A stretch of DNA of 63,985 bases, filler included, from Licmophora abbreviata (GCA_900291995.1; 11 parts of 11 records of this genome joined end to end with filler, not necessarily neighbours in it); one strand, 5' to 3'; counted from the whole stretch's first letter, positions 10,880 to 23,476 are shown. The notes: generated from the letters alone by a model not told the origin. Program-made: numbers and translations.

Positions 10880-11824
10880 ATGAACTTTGGCGGCTTCAAG
10901 ACTCGTGTCAAGGCAGCCACGGAGGCTGCTCGGCAGTTTCAGGGCTTTGATCAAATGGCGGCCCAAGACGACTACATTCACAGCCCAGACCTCAATGTCA
11001 AAGGAAAGAAAGCGCACAGCGGAACAGGAACGACTCAATCCCAAGCCTTGGACTCTCTCGTTGCTTTTTCATCGACCTCGGCATCTCTTTCTTCCGACGT
11101 CTCCTTTCATACTGCGGGCGGAAAAGAAGACGGGGGACTGCAGTCGACTGCGAGTACTCCGGTAAGGCGGCCACTCGACGAGGTGTTTGGTACGCCCTTG
11201 GGAGCCAGAAACTGTACTCAGGCGGACTACAGCGACGACGATGAAGACGACGAAGAGGAAGTGCCCACGAATTACATGCCACGAGACAAGGACGGCGTCG
11301 AACGAAAGAAGAATGCGAACCGCTTCATGGAGGATCTGGATATGCGACTATCTAGAGCCAACAGTAGTCCCGCCGATGCTGAGCCAGGACCCACATTACA
11401 GGTGATGGAAATAACCGACGCTCATCATTCAGCAGGGGCACCCGCCACATCAGTAGTCAACCAGGCATGGAAAGGTTGGGTTCAGACGGCACGATCCAGT
11501 TTTACCTTGGGAGCTAAGCCAGGCGAAGAGCGACTCCCGTTCAAGTCACTACTGACTCGAACTCCTCTGAATGTACCGTCCGACGATGACAAGACGTCGC
11601 ACGAGGAGCACGTTAAACTTGTATCGAGCTCCGTGCTTGGGGCGGAAGAACAAGCGGAATTGGATCGAATACGAAATCGAGTGTCCGCTTCTGATATTCT
11701 GTCTGGTTTACTACAGACTATTCAGCACAATCCTCGATTCGCATTCATCATTTTCACCTTTGTACTGGGATATGCTGTCTATGTTTACTCAAGCCGTCAC
11801 GGCGATGAAGACGATGTAACCTAG
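10880..11824 (+). CDS. Hypothetical tail-anchored membrane protein
   Basis: Low-complexity ORF with a single C-terminal hydrophobic helix FAFIIFTFVLGYAVYVYS. Confidence 0.7.
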   Translation: MNFGGFKTRVKAATEAARQFQGFDQMAAQDDYIHSPDLNVKGKKAHSGTGTTQSQALDSLVAFSSTSASLSSDVSFHTAGGKEDGGLQSTASTPVRRPLDEVFGTPLGARNCTQADYSDDDEDDEEEVPTNYMPRDKDGVERKKNANRFMEDLDMRLSRANSSPADAEPGPTLQVMEITDAHHSAGAPATSVVNQAWKGWVQTARSSFTLGAKPGEERLPFKSLLTRTPLNVPSDDDKTSHEEHVKLVSSSVLGAEEQAELDRIRNRVSASDILSGLLQTIQHNPRFAFIIFTFVLGYAVYVYSSRHGDEDDVT

Positions 11825-14800
11825 CTGTCCACCGAAATATTTTTATGTTGCGCCCCTTCGTCCGACTCATTCTTCTCGTCTTCCGCTTCTAGTTCATCTT
11901 CCACCTCTTCTTCTTCTGTATCAAAAGGCAACGGATCCTTGACGGGATAGCGATTGATGGCTCTAGCCGCGTCGCGACAAAGCCTTCGCACGTCGGGGTG
12001 GATGCCTGGGGAAACGGTCTTGATGACCTCGCCGTTCATGTCCACTGCTCGAACTGGAATAAAGGGAAGATTTGCAAACTGTCGTAAAGCATCCAGGGCT
12101 CTACCGAGGGTGCGAACGAGATCTCCAGGTGCAGCACCAGAAATCTCGAGCGCCTCGCTCCAGGAGCAACCGTCCGCCCACGCAGTCACCACTTCACAGT
12201 TGGACAACTCCAAGGTAGTACATCGGCGACTGCTTTCGTCCACCGAGAACTCCTTCTGTACTTCCATGAGTCGCTCCAATACCATTAGAGCGCCCTGGAC
12301 TGCGACTTGTTGACGAGGTGTCAAACGCTGAAAACTCTCGACGACGCTTGGGCTGCCCCGGCTGCCCTCTGATACCAAGCAAGAGGCATAACCAGCCAGC
12401 TCGCCTGGACTTAGCGATCTCAATTGCCTCAGTAGGTTCTCAGTCTCTTCCTGTGCAGGCGGCACCGTCGAAACCTTCTCGTTTGTTTCCGGACCTGCCG
12501 CGGGATCGAAAAAGTCGTCCTCATCCAACGAATTCATTGCGGCCCGAAAGTCGTCCAGTCCGGACGAAACACCCTTCACATCCCACGCTCCACCGAAAGC
12601 GACGAGCCCCCAAAGCGAATTTTCGAGGCCAATCATGCCGATATTAACACCTGCGGGGGTAACGTGATACGTCGCTCTTTCAAGAGTTGCTTTCTCCGAG
12701 TCGAGTGGCGCTTCCGTCGATAGACATCCATAGCACACTAACACCTTCGTAATCGCCATCATGTCTTGCCAGGTATCCTCTCGGATAGTCTCGGCACGAT
12801 CAACTTGTTTCAGAAATGAGCCAGAATCAAGGTCCGGCTTGGCGCTCTTCAACTTTCTAGATTTTCGCTTCATAACAATGGCCGACTTGGAGAAAAGCGA
12901 AAGTTCGTCCCCTGAAAGCGGTGCATCAGGATCAATCTTACCACCGCCACCAATGCGGATACCGTGCAAAGTGCCCTTGAGCGCTTGCGCCTCGGGTTTC
13001 GTTTCGGCCATTATGTCGTTTGCGCAGCGGACGATAGCGGTGAATGAATGTTTTGCGAGCTCGAGTTCAGTCTCGACAAAACGCTGTCGTTGCTTGGCAA
13101 TCTGAGCATCGATTGCAGATCGATCGTCGGTCAACAGATCAGCCATAAGTTCATCGTCGTCATCTATGCAGACGGATGATATTACGTCTTTCTCGCGCTC
13201 AAGGTACTCTAACGTACTTTGTTCCAGTTCTAGCATCCTGGTCAACGCAACATACGACTTTGAAGAAGTCTTCAGCTCCTCACGGTTGCTGAGCAGGTCG
13301 AGGAAAGACTGAACACGAGTGATGTCAAACATGGCACTTCGACTTTTGACGAGACTCTGAAAGATTCCTATCAAGGACGTCATGAACCGCTCCTGCGATA
13401 CAACCTCCACTACTTCTGAAACTTGTTCTCCATGCTCGTCCACAGTCGCTGCAATAGAGTCTTCAAGCTGTCTTTTCTCCCACATGGCAAACGATTTCTG
13501 AACTAGTTGGCGTGCGACGTCAAGTTTTCCTTCTCCCCGAGCAATCAAGTTGACAGCAAGCGCATAAGAGGGGCTGAACTGCGAGACAATCGGCTTAATT
13601 TCGTCGATAAGAATCGAGGCAGCTGTATCCGGCCCTTCAAACGGGGTGGCGACTATCACACAAGTGCCATCCGTGTCCATTCCTACGAAGAGAAGTCGTA
13701 CAGATCGTTAGTAATTTCCGCACATGACAGAGAGATTTTCGTGGAGCACTTCGCCAACCTTACCTCGCCGACCTGCTCGTCCACTCATCTGCAAGAGATT
13801 CGAAGTTTCAAGCAGGTTCATGGAACTACCGTCGCCCCGCTTTGCTAGAGCACACACGACAGTCGATCTCGCGGGCATATCTGAAAACAGAAGAAGCGCT
13901 TGTTGAGTTTCCCCAGTAATTATGTAGCAAAATATTAACGCCTCGCATACTTACTTATCCCTGCGGCCAGCGTTTCCGTCGCAAAGACTACTTTCATCAG
14001 TTGTGCCCGAAACAGTCGCTCCGTAAACGCTTTATGTGCTGCCAGCAAACCAGCGTGGTGAGAACCGACCCCATACATGAAGCACTCAGCTCGACTATCA
14101 GAGAACGCAATTTCGTCGTTTTCCTCATTGAAGGTAGCGACGAGGTTTGCTACTTGCTCTACTTCCGCCAGCGATAGCAAGCCTGCGCTAGAATAGAAGC
14201 TCCAGTTTTCCTGTGCTAGAGGGGAACTAGCCTCGATCGACGCAAAGTCCCGCTTTGTGAACTCATCTTCGAATACTGAGGCAAGAATGTCCTCGCTTAC
14301 GTAATTGCTCGCACGACGAAAGGAACGCCCGTTAGTATCCTCGATCAACCTATCCCCTTCCCTGTATCGCCCCCCGCGCGACCTTGTCTTTCGCTTCCGT
14401 TGCTGCCTCCCATCGGCACTTCTCTTTGTTTTGGCAACACTTTCGTCGTTTCTATCGGCACTCAGATCGTCTGTGAGCACATCTCTCGGGCCTCGCATAA
14501 AGTTACACGCATTCACGGCGGCTTCGTCGCAACCCGCCCTTGAAAATATGAAAAAGATTGCAGGAAGTAATTTTTTCTCCTCCAGCCGTCTCAAAAGTAT
14601 GGGCAAGGATGGGACTGCTCGTCGCATTTCTGATCGCAGGAGTCGCTCTCTTTCCCTTCGTTCATCACGAGCACTCATCCGGCCTTTATCACGCGCTCCA
14701 CTTCGAGATCGCTGCAAGGGATGCCATTCGTCTTCTTCACGGCGAAACGTAGCGCGAGCTTTCTGTCTATCGATTGCACGGTTCACGCGCTGAACTCGGC

Positions 14801-15890
14801 GTTCAGCGGCATTCTTGAGCGCGGAATTGATTCTTAGACCACGCGGGATCCTTGTGGACTCCCGTCCGTCGATATCTTCGTCAGTCTCTCCTCCTTCGGC
14901 AAAACCATGTATTCGTTTTCTTCTAGAGCCCGGAGCTACGCCATCTCCCCGGAGTCCCAAGAGCCCCATTGGCGCTCCTGGTCCGGCGTCAGCATTACGA
15001 AATAATGGATACAACCCCTCTCGGGTAGCAAACATGTAACGCAACGGCACAGGCCGCCCTTCTGTTGCTTCCACCAGTACAGTCTTTCGGCCTGTAACTC
15101 CTTCCATCCAGGTGGCAAGCTGCTTGGCATTCGGAAGCGTCGCCGAAAGTGCCACGATTTGCGTATGCGAAGGGCTCGTGATGACGCTTTCTTCCCACAC
15201 ACCGCCACGTCCAGGGTGTCCCATGTAATGAAACTCGTCGAGGACGACGACTTTGTTGTTATTCAGCTCGTCGCGGCTAAGTAGTTCATCTTCAAGTGCG
15301 ATAAGCGACGGATCTTCATCATGCTTCCGACTCCCACTAGAGCGCCACGCAATATTTCGATAGACTTCTGTTGTCATGACGGTAACCTGTGCCCCACGAT
15401 TGACACTCATATCCCCTGTACTCAATCCGACCCTTCCTTTGTCAAAGACTTCTCGTAGTTCGGTGAATTTTTGATTGGATAAGGCTTTTAGCGGCGTTGT
15501 ATAAATAGCCTTGGCGTCGCTCTCGACGGCAATCTGAAGACCCATTTCGCCAACAACAGTCTTTCCTGCTCCGGTGGGAGCGCAAACGATGACATTGTGT
15601 CCCTTGACGATCTCGCCCCCGGCTTGGAGCTGCCAGTCGTCGAGAGGAAATGGAAAGTAGTTTTGGAGATGCTCTCTTCCGAGTGAGACTGAATCTTCCA
15701 ACGTCGCGTCGAACAATCGCCACACTGACTGATGATTTCGTATTCTAGTTGGACGATGGGTTAAGAGAAACGACACAGCAGAATGCTTCAAAAGTAATAG
15801 CAGCGCCAAGATTAGACGGAAGCGAAAGATAGGGTCGGCGGTGCGTGTCTGGCCGAGTTTCAGTCTTTTCATCACATCAACACGGCTCAT
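11821..15890 (-). CDS. Ski2-like DExH RNA helicase, ISE2-like, probably plastid-targeted; 3 exons
   Basis: APTGAGKT, PLKALSNQK, LDEFHY, LSAT, FSRAGCD, HHAG, FATETLAAGINMPAR, QMSGRAGRRG, DSHCT-like GDLVRTLGRALDALRQ; introns about 13881-13958 and 13683-13763. Confidence 0.9.
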
Positions 15891-16198
15891 TCTTTCACTC
15901 TCAGAGCTACTCTTCGATGAGAATCAGACTGCACGTACGATCCGCTGCACGCACACGCGAAGATAAGCCTAGCGGAGGACGATAATGTGATGTTGGTGTC
16001 CATCATCTTGGTCGACGCACATCACATAGCACCGGCACTTTTCTTCCAATTTCAAAGTAAAAGTGCGTCAGTTTTATAGCGCTGCTAAAAACCTCGCATG
16101 GTTGAAAAGCCTCATAACCCACTAACCCTGCTTCGATTGACGATAGCCACTCATCCACCTTTTTGTGACACACGCAAAACACGGAACAGATCTGCGCA

Positions 16199-16298
16199 NN
16201 NNNNNNNNNNNNNNNNNNNNNNNNNNNNNNNNNNNNNNNNNNTTAATTAATTAANNNNNNNNNNNNNNNNNNNNNNNNNNNNNNNNNNNNNNNNNNNN
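16199..16298. other. Artificial assembly spacer
   Basis: N-run with TTAATTAATTAA. Confidence 0.98.
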
Positions 16299-16394
16299 AA
16301 ATCTGTGTCCAATTTGGTTGATTTTTCATTATCCCACCCCAGCACCTCATCATCCGTATAACCTGGCCTCTTTCCTGCGTAAGATCGCAGCAGC

Positions 16395-17459
16395 ATGAAT
16401 ATGCTCTCTTTGAACAGGTCGGTCGCAGCTTGTGCTCGTCGCGTCGCTGGTCCTTGGAGGCGACAACACCGCGAGCTAGTTGTTGCTGCGTTTTCGACCA
16501 ACGCACGTCGATCCAACGAGTCGACTGTTACGACTGCTAGTAGTACTAGAACTCGCGGCCGACGCGTCAGTGGAACCAATCTACCACGAAGCCACACTGA
16601 TATCTGGAATCAGATGTATAAGCAGTTTAAAGAATTTGTCGACGAACATGGGCATACGAGAATTGCCTCCAACTACGAACCAAACCCGAAGCTCTCCCGA
16701 TGGGTCGAACGCCAGCGCTTCTTACACGCTCTCAAAGTGGAGGGTGACTCTACCACTCCGCTGACACAGGAGCGTGAGGATAAGCTGAACGAACTTGGTA
16801 TGGTCTGGCATGTTTACGGTCATACGTGGGATACACAATATGCTGAACTTATCAAATTCATTCAGCAGCACGGCCACACAAGAGTCACCGCACAACATAG
16901 CGAAAAATTGAAGTACTGGGTTGAAGCCCAGCGCCAGCAGTACCGATACTTGCAACAAGGTGAACCATCTCGCATGACGCACGACAGAATAAAGCTACTG
17001 GAGGAAATAGACTTTCAATGGGATGTCCACGAGGAACAGTGGATAGAGGCCTACGAGGAACTGTGTCAATTCAAACGAGTACACGGACACTGCTTGGTCT
17101 TGAGGACTTTCCCAACTGAATCGCTCGGCCGCTGGGTCGAAACACAACGTCGACAGTACCGGCTTCTTCAGCAACAGAAATCTAGCTCTATGAAGCCGCA
17201 ACGCATTGACCTGCTAAACAAAATTGGCTTCGTCTGGAGTCCCTTTGAGGCGGCGTGGATGGAGAAGTTCCACGAACTGGAGGAGTTCGTTGAAGTTAAT
17301 GGGATCGGCAATACTCCGCCCGAAAGGAAGAATCCGGTTTTGCGGCGATGGCTCCGACTTCAGCACAAATACTATCGGATGAAACAGGAAGGCGAGAAAG
17401 TATCGCTAACGGATGATCGCATCGCCAGACTAAAACGCCTTGGCTTCTTACTTGGCTAA
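16395..17459 (+). CDS. Helicase-associated (HA) domain repeat protein (4 repeats) with mitochondrial-type presequence
   Basis: Four W-x-(Y/F)...HGH...L-x-x-WV-x-x-QR...RI-x-x-L-x-x-(L/I)GF-x-W units (fourth more divergent); Arg/Ala/Ser-rich N-terminus. Confidence 0.88.
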   Translation: MNMLSLNRSVAACARRVAGPWRRQHRELVVAAFSTNARRSNESTVTTASSTRTRGRRVSGTNLPRSHTDIWNQMYKQFKEFVDEHGHTRIASNYEPNPKLSRWVERQRFLHALKVEGDSTTPLTQEREDKLNELGMVWHVYGHTWDTQYAELIKFIQQHGHTRVTAQHSEKLKYWVEAQRQQYRYLQQGEPSRMTHDRIKLLEEIDFQWDVHEEQWIEAYEELCQFKRVHGHCLVLRTFPTESLGRWVETQRRQYRLLQQQKSSSMKPQRIDLLNKIGFVWSPFEAAWMEKFHELEEFVEVNGIGNTPPERKNPVLRRWLRLQHKYYRMKQEGEKVSLTDDRIARLKRLGFLLG

Positions 17460-17529
17460 CGATATTGCTGCTCACTGTTGGGTTTTAATGTGAGATTTAG
17501 AATAAGGAAATAGCTAGCTATCCTTGTAA

Positions 17530-19508
17530 CTAGAACATGTCGCCAAAGTATTCTTCTAGATCGTCCAGGCGTAGGCCGAGTCCGGAAAAGTCGCTCTTAA
17601 CTTCGTTCCATTGATTCCCGCGGCTTTCCATCTTGTCGGCAAGCTTGGCTCTTCTCTCGATTTCCTCGGCGGTCCAAGTCGATTCCTCCACGCTACTATA
17701 GCAGCCATGCAAGCCGTGGGGAATCCCAATCCCCAGTGCTACTCTACACACTGGGCCAGACTCAATATCGTCCGCATCGAGCACCACAATCTCGCTCTCT
17801 TGTGTCTTGCCATTGAAAAGGACCGTCAAAATGTATCCAGTATCATCTGCCGATGGGTGTCCCTTGCGAGGAGCGTACATGGGCTCGCCGCAGAATTCGT
17901 ACTCGTTTGGCATCCAGATTTCGGTCGTCCCGGTATCAACGTCGAACTTTGCTATACCCTGTGGAGGAGAGACCTCGCTACCTTGGCTACCGACGGCACT
18001 GTAGATGAAGCGATGTCTCTGTGTACTCATAGCTGGGTTGACAACTCCAAAGCTGCACTGTTGATCGCTCAACACCTTCTTTGTGACACTTCCAGCCCCA
18101 ACATTAACCGTGTATCGCACCAGAGACTTTTTCGAAGTGCAGCGTGTAAAGTCCTCCATTGAAGACATCCAAGGATACGACGACGGGGTACCACTTTGTG
18201 CGTTCTTCCCATCGGAACGAATTGCATCTACGATAACTTTGCCGTCCTCTTCGTAGGCGTTGCAGAACTGCAAATTGACATCCAGTGTTCCGTCGAACGG
18301 TATCGAAAACGACTTTCCAGACTTTCCGCTGCCGACGCGGGGAACAAGATGCAGAACCTGTATTAGAGGAGTGGGCAAAATGGTCAGCATCGTTGCAAAA
18401 AAAAAAGAAGAAGATGTCAGTCAACACAAGCACGACGAGTACCTACCGAAGCAGAGTTTTCCACCACAAGAGTCTTTCCGGGCTCCTTTGAGAACATGTA
18501 TTGCATGCTAATGGCTGTTACAGGGGGTTGCACGAAGACGGCATAGTTTTCCGTCGCAGCAAAGTCAGAAATCATTGCGAACCCGGGAAGTTCCTTCGAG
18601 ACCATGCCGCCTTCTTCTGGTACAAGTCGGAACTTGGGATTGAATTCAAACAACGTCAACTCGGATGACTTTGGTTCCGGCTTGTTAGCGTAGAACAACA
18701 TGCGATCTTTCTTCGGGTCGTAGACTGCTTTGGCACCGAACGGACTTTGCTCCTTTACGATCCCACCTAGCTGCGATCTTCCCTCGGTGGACAATGCTAA
18801 AGCATCTAGCTTGTACGGCAGCCCACCTTCCCATAGAGACAAGAGACGCTTCCCCCAATACACCGCTCTCGTATTCGAGGTGTTCTTTCGACTTTTGTTC
18901 AGCCCAGGCTGCATATGGTGTCGAAAGAGAGGAAGAGGCATGTCGTTCGCCAGTCCACAGCCAGCTTGGGGACCAAGTGCTCGCGTCGAGTCCATCGCTT
19001 CGTACAGTCGCATGCCTTTCCGTCGCTCGTTGGTGAATGCATTCGTCCTAACATAACGAAACCTAGATACTGCTGTGCCCGCTCCTGTGAAAGTCACAGC
19101 CAGGACACCCCCGTCGCCTTCAAAAGGATGCTTGACCATTCGCTCAGGGTCCTGACCGTCTGGAACGGGCGGACCCTTGGGCTGTACAATGGAAGTTTTC
19201 GGAGGAATGATGGATCCAGCGCTGAACATCGCCGGGCCAGACCGAAAGTAGGTCCCAACCAAATCCTCTGGCAGCGATCCTTCCGATGGAGTGCATTCTT
19301 TACATGGTTGCTCGTCAAATACTGTTTTGAATCCATTGGAATACGCTAGCATGTCAGGTGGTCTTTTGACAGAGGCTGGTCCGGATGGCGAGGCCTCCAA
19401 AGACTGTGCCCGAAGCTTCAGGTTTCGTCCATAACTCGATCTCGTCGGTGCAAATCCGTCAGTTCCAACAAAACTGAAGAGCACAAGCATCGATACGCGT
19501 CCCGTCAT
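17530..19508 (-). CDS. Carotenoid oxygenase (RPE65/ACO family) homolog, plastid-targeted, iron ligands degenerate; 2 exons
   Basis: GSLPEDLVGTYFRSGP, HPFEGDG, RFRYVRT, KNTSNT, LWEGGLPY, CGEPMYAP, PHGLHG; GTDG-FAP presequence; intron 18358-18446. Confidence 0.9.
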
Positions 19509-19654
19509 CGTTACGGAGCCTTGCTGCTGTGTCTACGGAACTACGAGAGTAACAAGCCTCGTTTCTACTCTCTATCGAAGTGTGGAATCCACTCGCTGAC
19601 TAGACTACATCCTTGTCGTCTCATTGACGAGGTTTTGTCGCGATCGTCATCATC

Positions 19655-19754
19655 NNNNNNNNNNNNNNNNNNNNNNNNNNNNNNNNNNNNNNNNNNNNTT
19701 AATTAATTAANNNNNNNNNNNNNNNNNNNNNNNNNNNNNNNNNNNNNNNNNNNN
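19655..19754. other. Artificial assembly spacer
   Basis: N-run with TTAATTAATTAA. Confidence 0.98.
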
Positions 19755-19825
19755 GACGGGAACCTTCAGCGAGCAGGGAGGACTATAGTAGCATCGCGGT
19801 ATTGCTTGTATGACGTTTACAATGC

Positions 19826-20929
19826 TTAGTTCCAAGCTAGCGCCGAGCGTTCGGTCCAGTACTCTTCGCTGCTCGCCACGCAGCTGCTCATGATCTCGGA
19901 CAGCAACTCTGGACTTTGCTTCAATCGGTCCGACACCTGCATAGCCTTGAAGTTCGATTCGAGTTGATCCTCGGTTACAGCCCCCGACAAGACTCTCGGA
20001 TCAAAAGGCTGGGCCAAAATGCATCCAAGAGCTAATTGATCAGGTTGGCAGTCAAGTTGCTTTGCAAACTTTTGAACTGATTCGTTTCGCAGAGTACGCC
20101 CATTCGCAAGTCCTTCCTTGATGACAACATCCATGCCAGCGTCGTGTGCTTCCTGCAAAGCTTCTTTGGGTCGCTGCTCTAGTACGTTGAAGGTACACTG
20201 TACCGAATCAAACAGTGGCTTTCCTTCGTCGTCCAATATCGTCCTAGCTTCTCGCAGCACGTCATTCTGCTGCGGCCCCGACACGGACAAGCCGAGCGAC
20301 CAGCCACGATCCTTTCGACATTGACTCAGAGCTTTGTGTACTCGAGTATCCGAAAGTATTCCAGATTGAAAGGTTGCAGAGTGAACTTGATACAGATTAA
20401 CGTATTCGCCCATCAAATCGGCAGTCTCCTTGAGCTGCGTGAGAAAGTTCTGTGGTTGAAGGGATGATACGGTGGTAAGGGGCTATCAAGCTAGCTCGAT
20501 CTCTCTCCCAAGAAGACAGTACGTCTCTAATAGCAGACTTACCTCAACGGAGTGATCTTTGACTTCATGCGGCTCACCATCTCCCAACTGCACATTCCAA
20601 TCGGCAACGTACGTGTATCCCCATTTGGAACTGACAAACACGTCCTCGGGCGCAATCTGGTGCGATCTCAGATACTCGCCGACAAACTTTTCACTCAGTC
20701 CATAGGATCGTGCGCAGTCAAGCCATGGAGCCATCGACGTTTCTTTTGAGACTTGCAGGAGTCGATCCATGACGACGTTGGCGCGATCTTGCATCGCGTC
20801 GACGCTACGGCCATTGCCGAGTATGGCGCTCCGATCGAGGTTGATGTAGCCGGGGCGACCCAGAGCAGCCATGCCCAAGCCGAGGCGCGGCAATGCAGCG
20901 GAAGGAGGTCGAGCGCTGGTGACAACCAT
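19826..20929 (-). CDS. Aldo/keto reductase; 2 exons
   Basis: LGLGMAALGRPGYINL, DCARSYGLSE, VSSKWGYTY, LYQVHS, VIKEGLANG, VLSGAVT; intron about 20450-20542. Confidence 0.88.
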
Positions 20930-21289
20930 GCTTTCCAAAGTATTCAATGCGCCGGCTTTTTGGCTTGATCTCGACAGTCAACGGCATGTTGAATGTGTTC
21001 AACGAGAAAAGGTTTCGATGGCCGATGGCTCGATTTATCGAGATTTCAGATTGTGTTTCGCGCTCTTTTTGGTTGAAGTGCACCATGACTGACGTCAGAC
21101 CTCGTGAAAATAGCTCGAAGGGCAACCGCGGCCAGACGGCGTCGCTGACTTTTTCGCAGTGATGCGGCGATGTGATTGCAGTGATGACAATGGCGACGGA
21201 GACGGCCATTTAATTTCTAATTTTACTGCTTGGACAGCGCTACCGTACCATAGTTCTGCTTCTTATTGTCAAGTGAGCAAGGGGCAGAT

Positions 21290-21692
21290 ATGGGATTTTC
21301 GCTGTGGAATCTCTTCAAGGTACAGTACGAGAGCAAGCGCTGCAGAGCGACACCATCATCTCGAATATTTAAAAGGCGTGCTGCTGGGATGTTCTTTCGC
21401 AGTACAGCAACGCGATATAAACCAGAAACGACGCTTCTGCCTCTCAACTCTCTCATTGTCGGTTCTTCAGGCTGGACTTCTGTTCACAAACTCAATTCTC
21501 ATTCTCCATCGACGCCGATTTCTTGCAAAGTACGGCTTGGACGATGTCAACAATATGGGAGTCGACCCGTCGCAGCGGCCTCTCCAGGTCCAAGCCATTG
21601 GGCTACTCCAAGCAGTGCAGTACCTCAAAGTTCCCGTCATTGCCGCCAATGCCATTACGATTGTGTTTGAAATGATACTGGGCGGAACATGA
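21290..21692 (+). CDS. YOS1: YOS1/IER3IP1-like small ER-Golgi membrane protein; 2 exons
   Basis: MGFSLWNLFK + AGLLFTNSILILHRRRFLAKYG...LLQAVQYLKVPVIAANAITIVFEMILG; intron 21320-21470. Confidence 0.85.
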
Positions 21693-21923
21693 GTCAATCG
21701 CTTACCGTTCGATGGTTTTGTTGGAAAGCGAGTGGGATCATACGTCGTAAGCAACGGGAGCAGGGAGCTTTGCAACTACTCGTAGTCTAACTTGTGCAAA
21801 GGTCTACTGGACTCGGTCATCATGAAATCGGAACATTTTATTCAAATACATGTCCTACTATCGAACACTCGCAGTGTGCACCATCTGAGGCGATGGTATA
21901 AACCTGACTAAACAGAAACGCAA

Positions 21924-23476
21924 CTACAACTCTGGACCGATATTAAGCGCCCCCAAGCTGTCGAGATATGCCACCAAGGGATGAGACGAACCAAACAGTT
22001 TCTCTGCCAAATGTCGGGCTGTTTCACCGCGCCCACCAGCCGTTCGTGTGTTCACTTCGGCCCCATTGGCTACGAGAAGTTCCACTACGTCCGTATTGCC
22101 ACTTGCCACGCCTTCGTGCAAGAGCTGCCACCCCTTTTCGTCACGTTCGTTAATGACCTTTTTGCTCTCCTCAGGGGCCGCCTTGGTTATTTCTTCCTGG
22201 ACTGTTTCCACGTCGCCAGCTGCGGCGGCTGCTCGGGCCTTGGTTGCCGTCTTGGTTTCTGTGCCAGGGAGAAGCTTCCAGCCATTGGGATTGAGCATTC
22301 GCCAATGCTCTTCTTCAGGACTTTCTCTCTTGACATACGGTGGAAGCATACCTCCGCCATCGGCCGATTGTCCTCCGATGCCGTCTTCGGTGGCTTCTCG
22401 ATACTGTCGATCGACGTTGCCCTTGGGCATGTTGGCATTGTGGCGTAACGAATGACCAATCGGCTCAAAGTGAATAAAGAGCATGGCATAGTATCGACCC
22501 TTGAGCGGGAATGGGCGGCCTGTTGTGACGAACGATTAGAAATGTGGTCGACAGCTTTAGTGAGGATACCGAATACCATTAGCATCATGCACACTACTCT
22601 CAGCGTCGTCACGCAGTAAGAATCCGTCTGCTTACCATGCATCACGGAATGACTCTCGAACAATAGCATATCACCTGGGTCCATGGTAAGATTGTGCGCA
22701 ACACCGGCGTGATCGTAAATCTCGGTCACCCATGGTTCGTCAACATCCTGGGCGACCTGTAGCATGGCGGAAGATACCAGGGGCAATCGATCCACATGTG
22801 GTAGTAGAGTCGCTCCATGTGTGTATACCCGAACTCCATACATTGACGTGGGATTTAGTTCTTCTCCTGTCCACTCTTCGAGAGTCTCCTTGGCGGCATC
22901 CCATATTTTCTGACGCAGTCCAAAACCACCACCCCGCAAACGCTGATCGTCCACCCGAACTAGATACGTCGGCGATTCCCAGGAATTGAAGTAACTATTT
23001 CCAGATCCCCAATTTTCCTCCAACCGATTGTACTGATTCTTTTCCCAGAATTCCCTCGCTAATTCTGCTACAATAGCAGGGGCCTTGATTTTTTGGAAAC
23101 CAGTCTCTGTGTAATTCTCCATCGACTGTGGCTGTCGAAGATTCATCAGCATTCGGTCGTACTCAAAGCGATCACAATCACCACTGTGCGGAGCATACGC
23201 CGCGCGACAATTTTTGAGATGTTGCGTATAGGCCGCCTGTCGATCTCCAAGCGGCTGAATAGGCATGTTTTCATACTGAGGCGGAATCGGCTCGGTCGAT
23301 CCTTCTTGATTGTGCGGCAAGAACTCATAGTTGGTCGACACGCGATGGTGAATGGGAAATGAAATATCCAAGCCGTAGTGCGGAACTGAATTCTCGTCGT
23401 CTTGGGCGGAGATTGTTGGAATCAAGCAAAAAGATCCCACCAGCAGAAAGAGCTGCGATGTTTCAATGAGCTTCAT
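21924..23476 (-). CDS. Secretory-pathway 2OG-Fe(II) oxygenase-like protein with C-terminal ankyrin repeats; 2 exons
   Basis: Signal peptide; YGVRVY...PHVDRLP (HxD), ESHSVMHGRP...R; ankyrin D..GWQLLHEG..SG..DVVELLV..GAEVN; ends GPEL; intron about 22520-22635. Confidence 0.82.
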
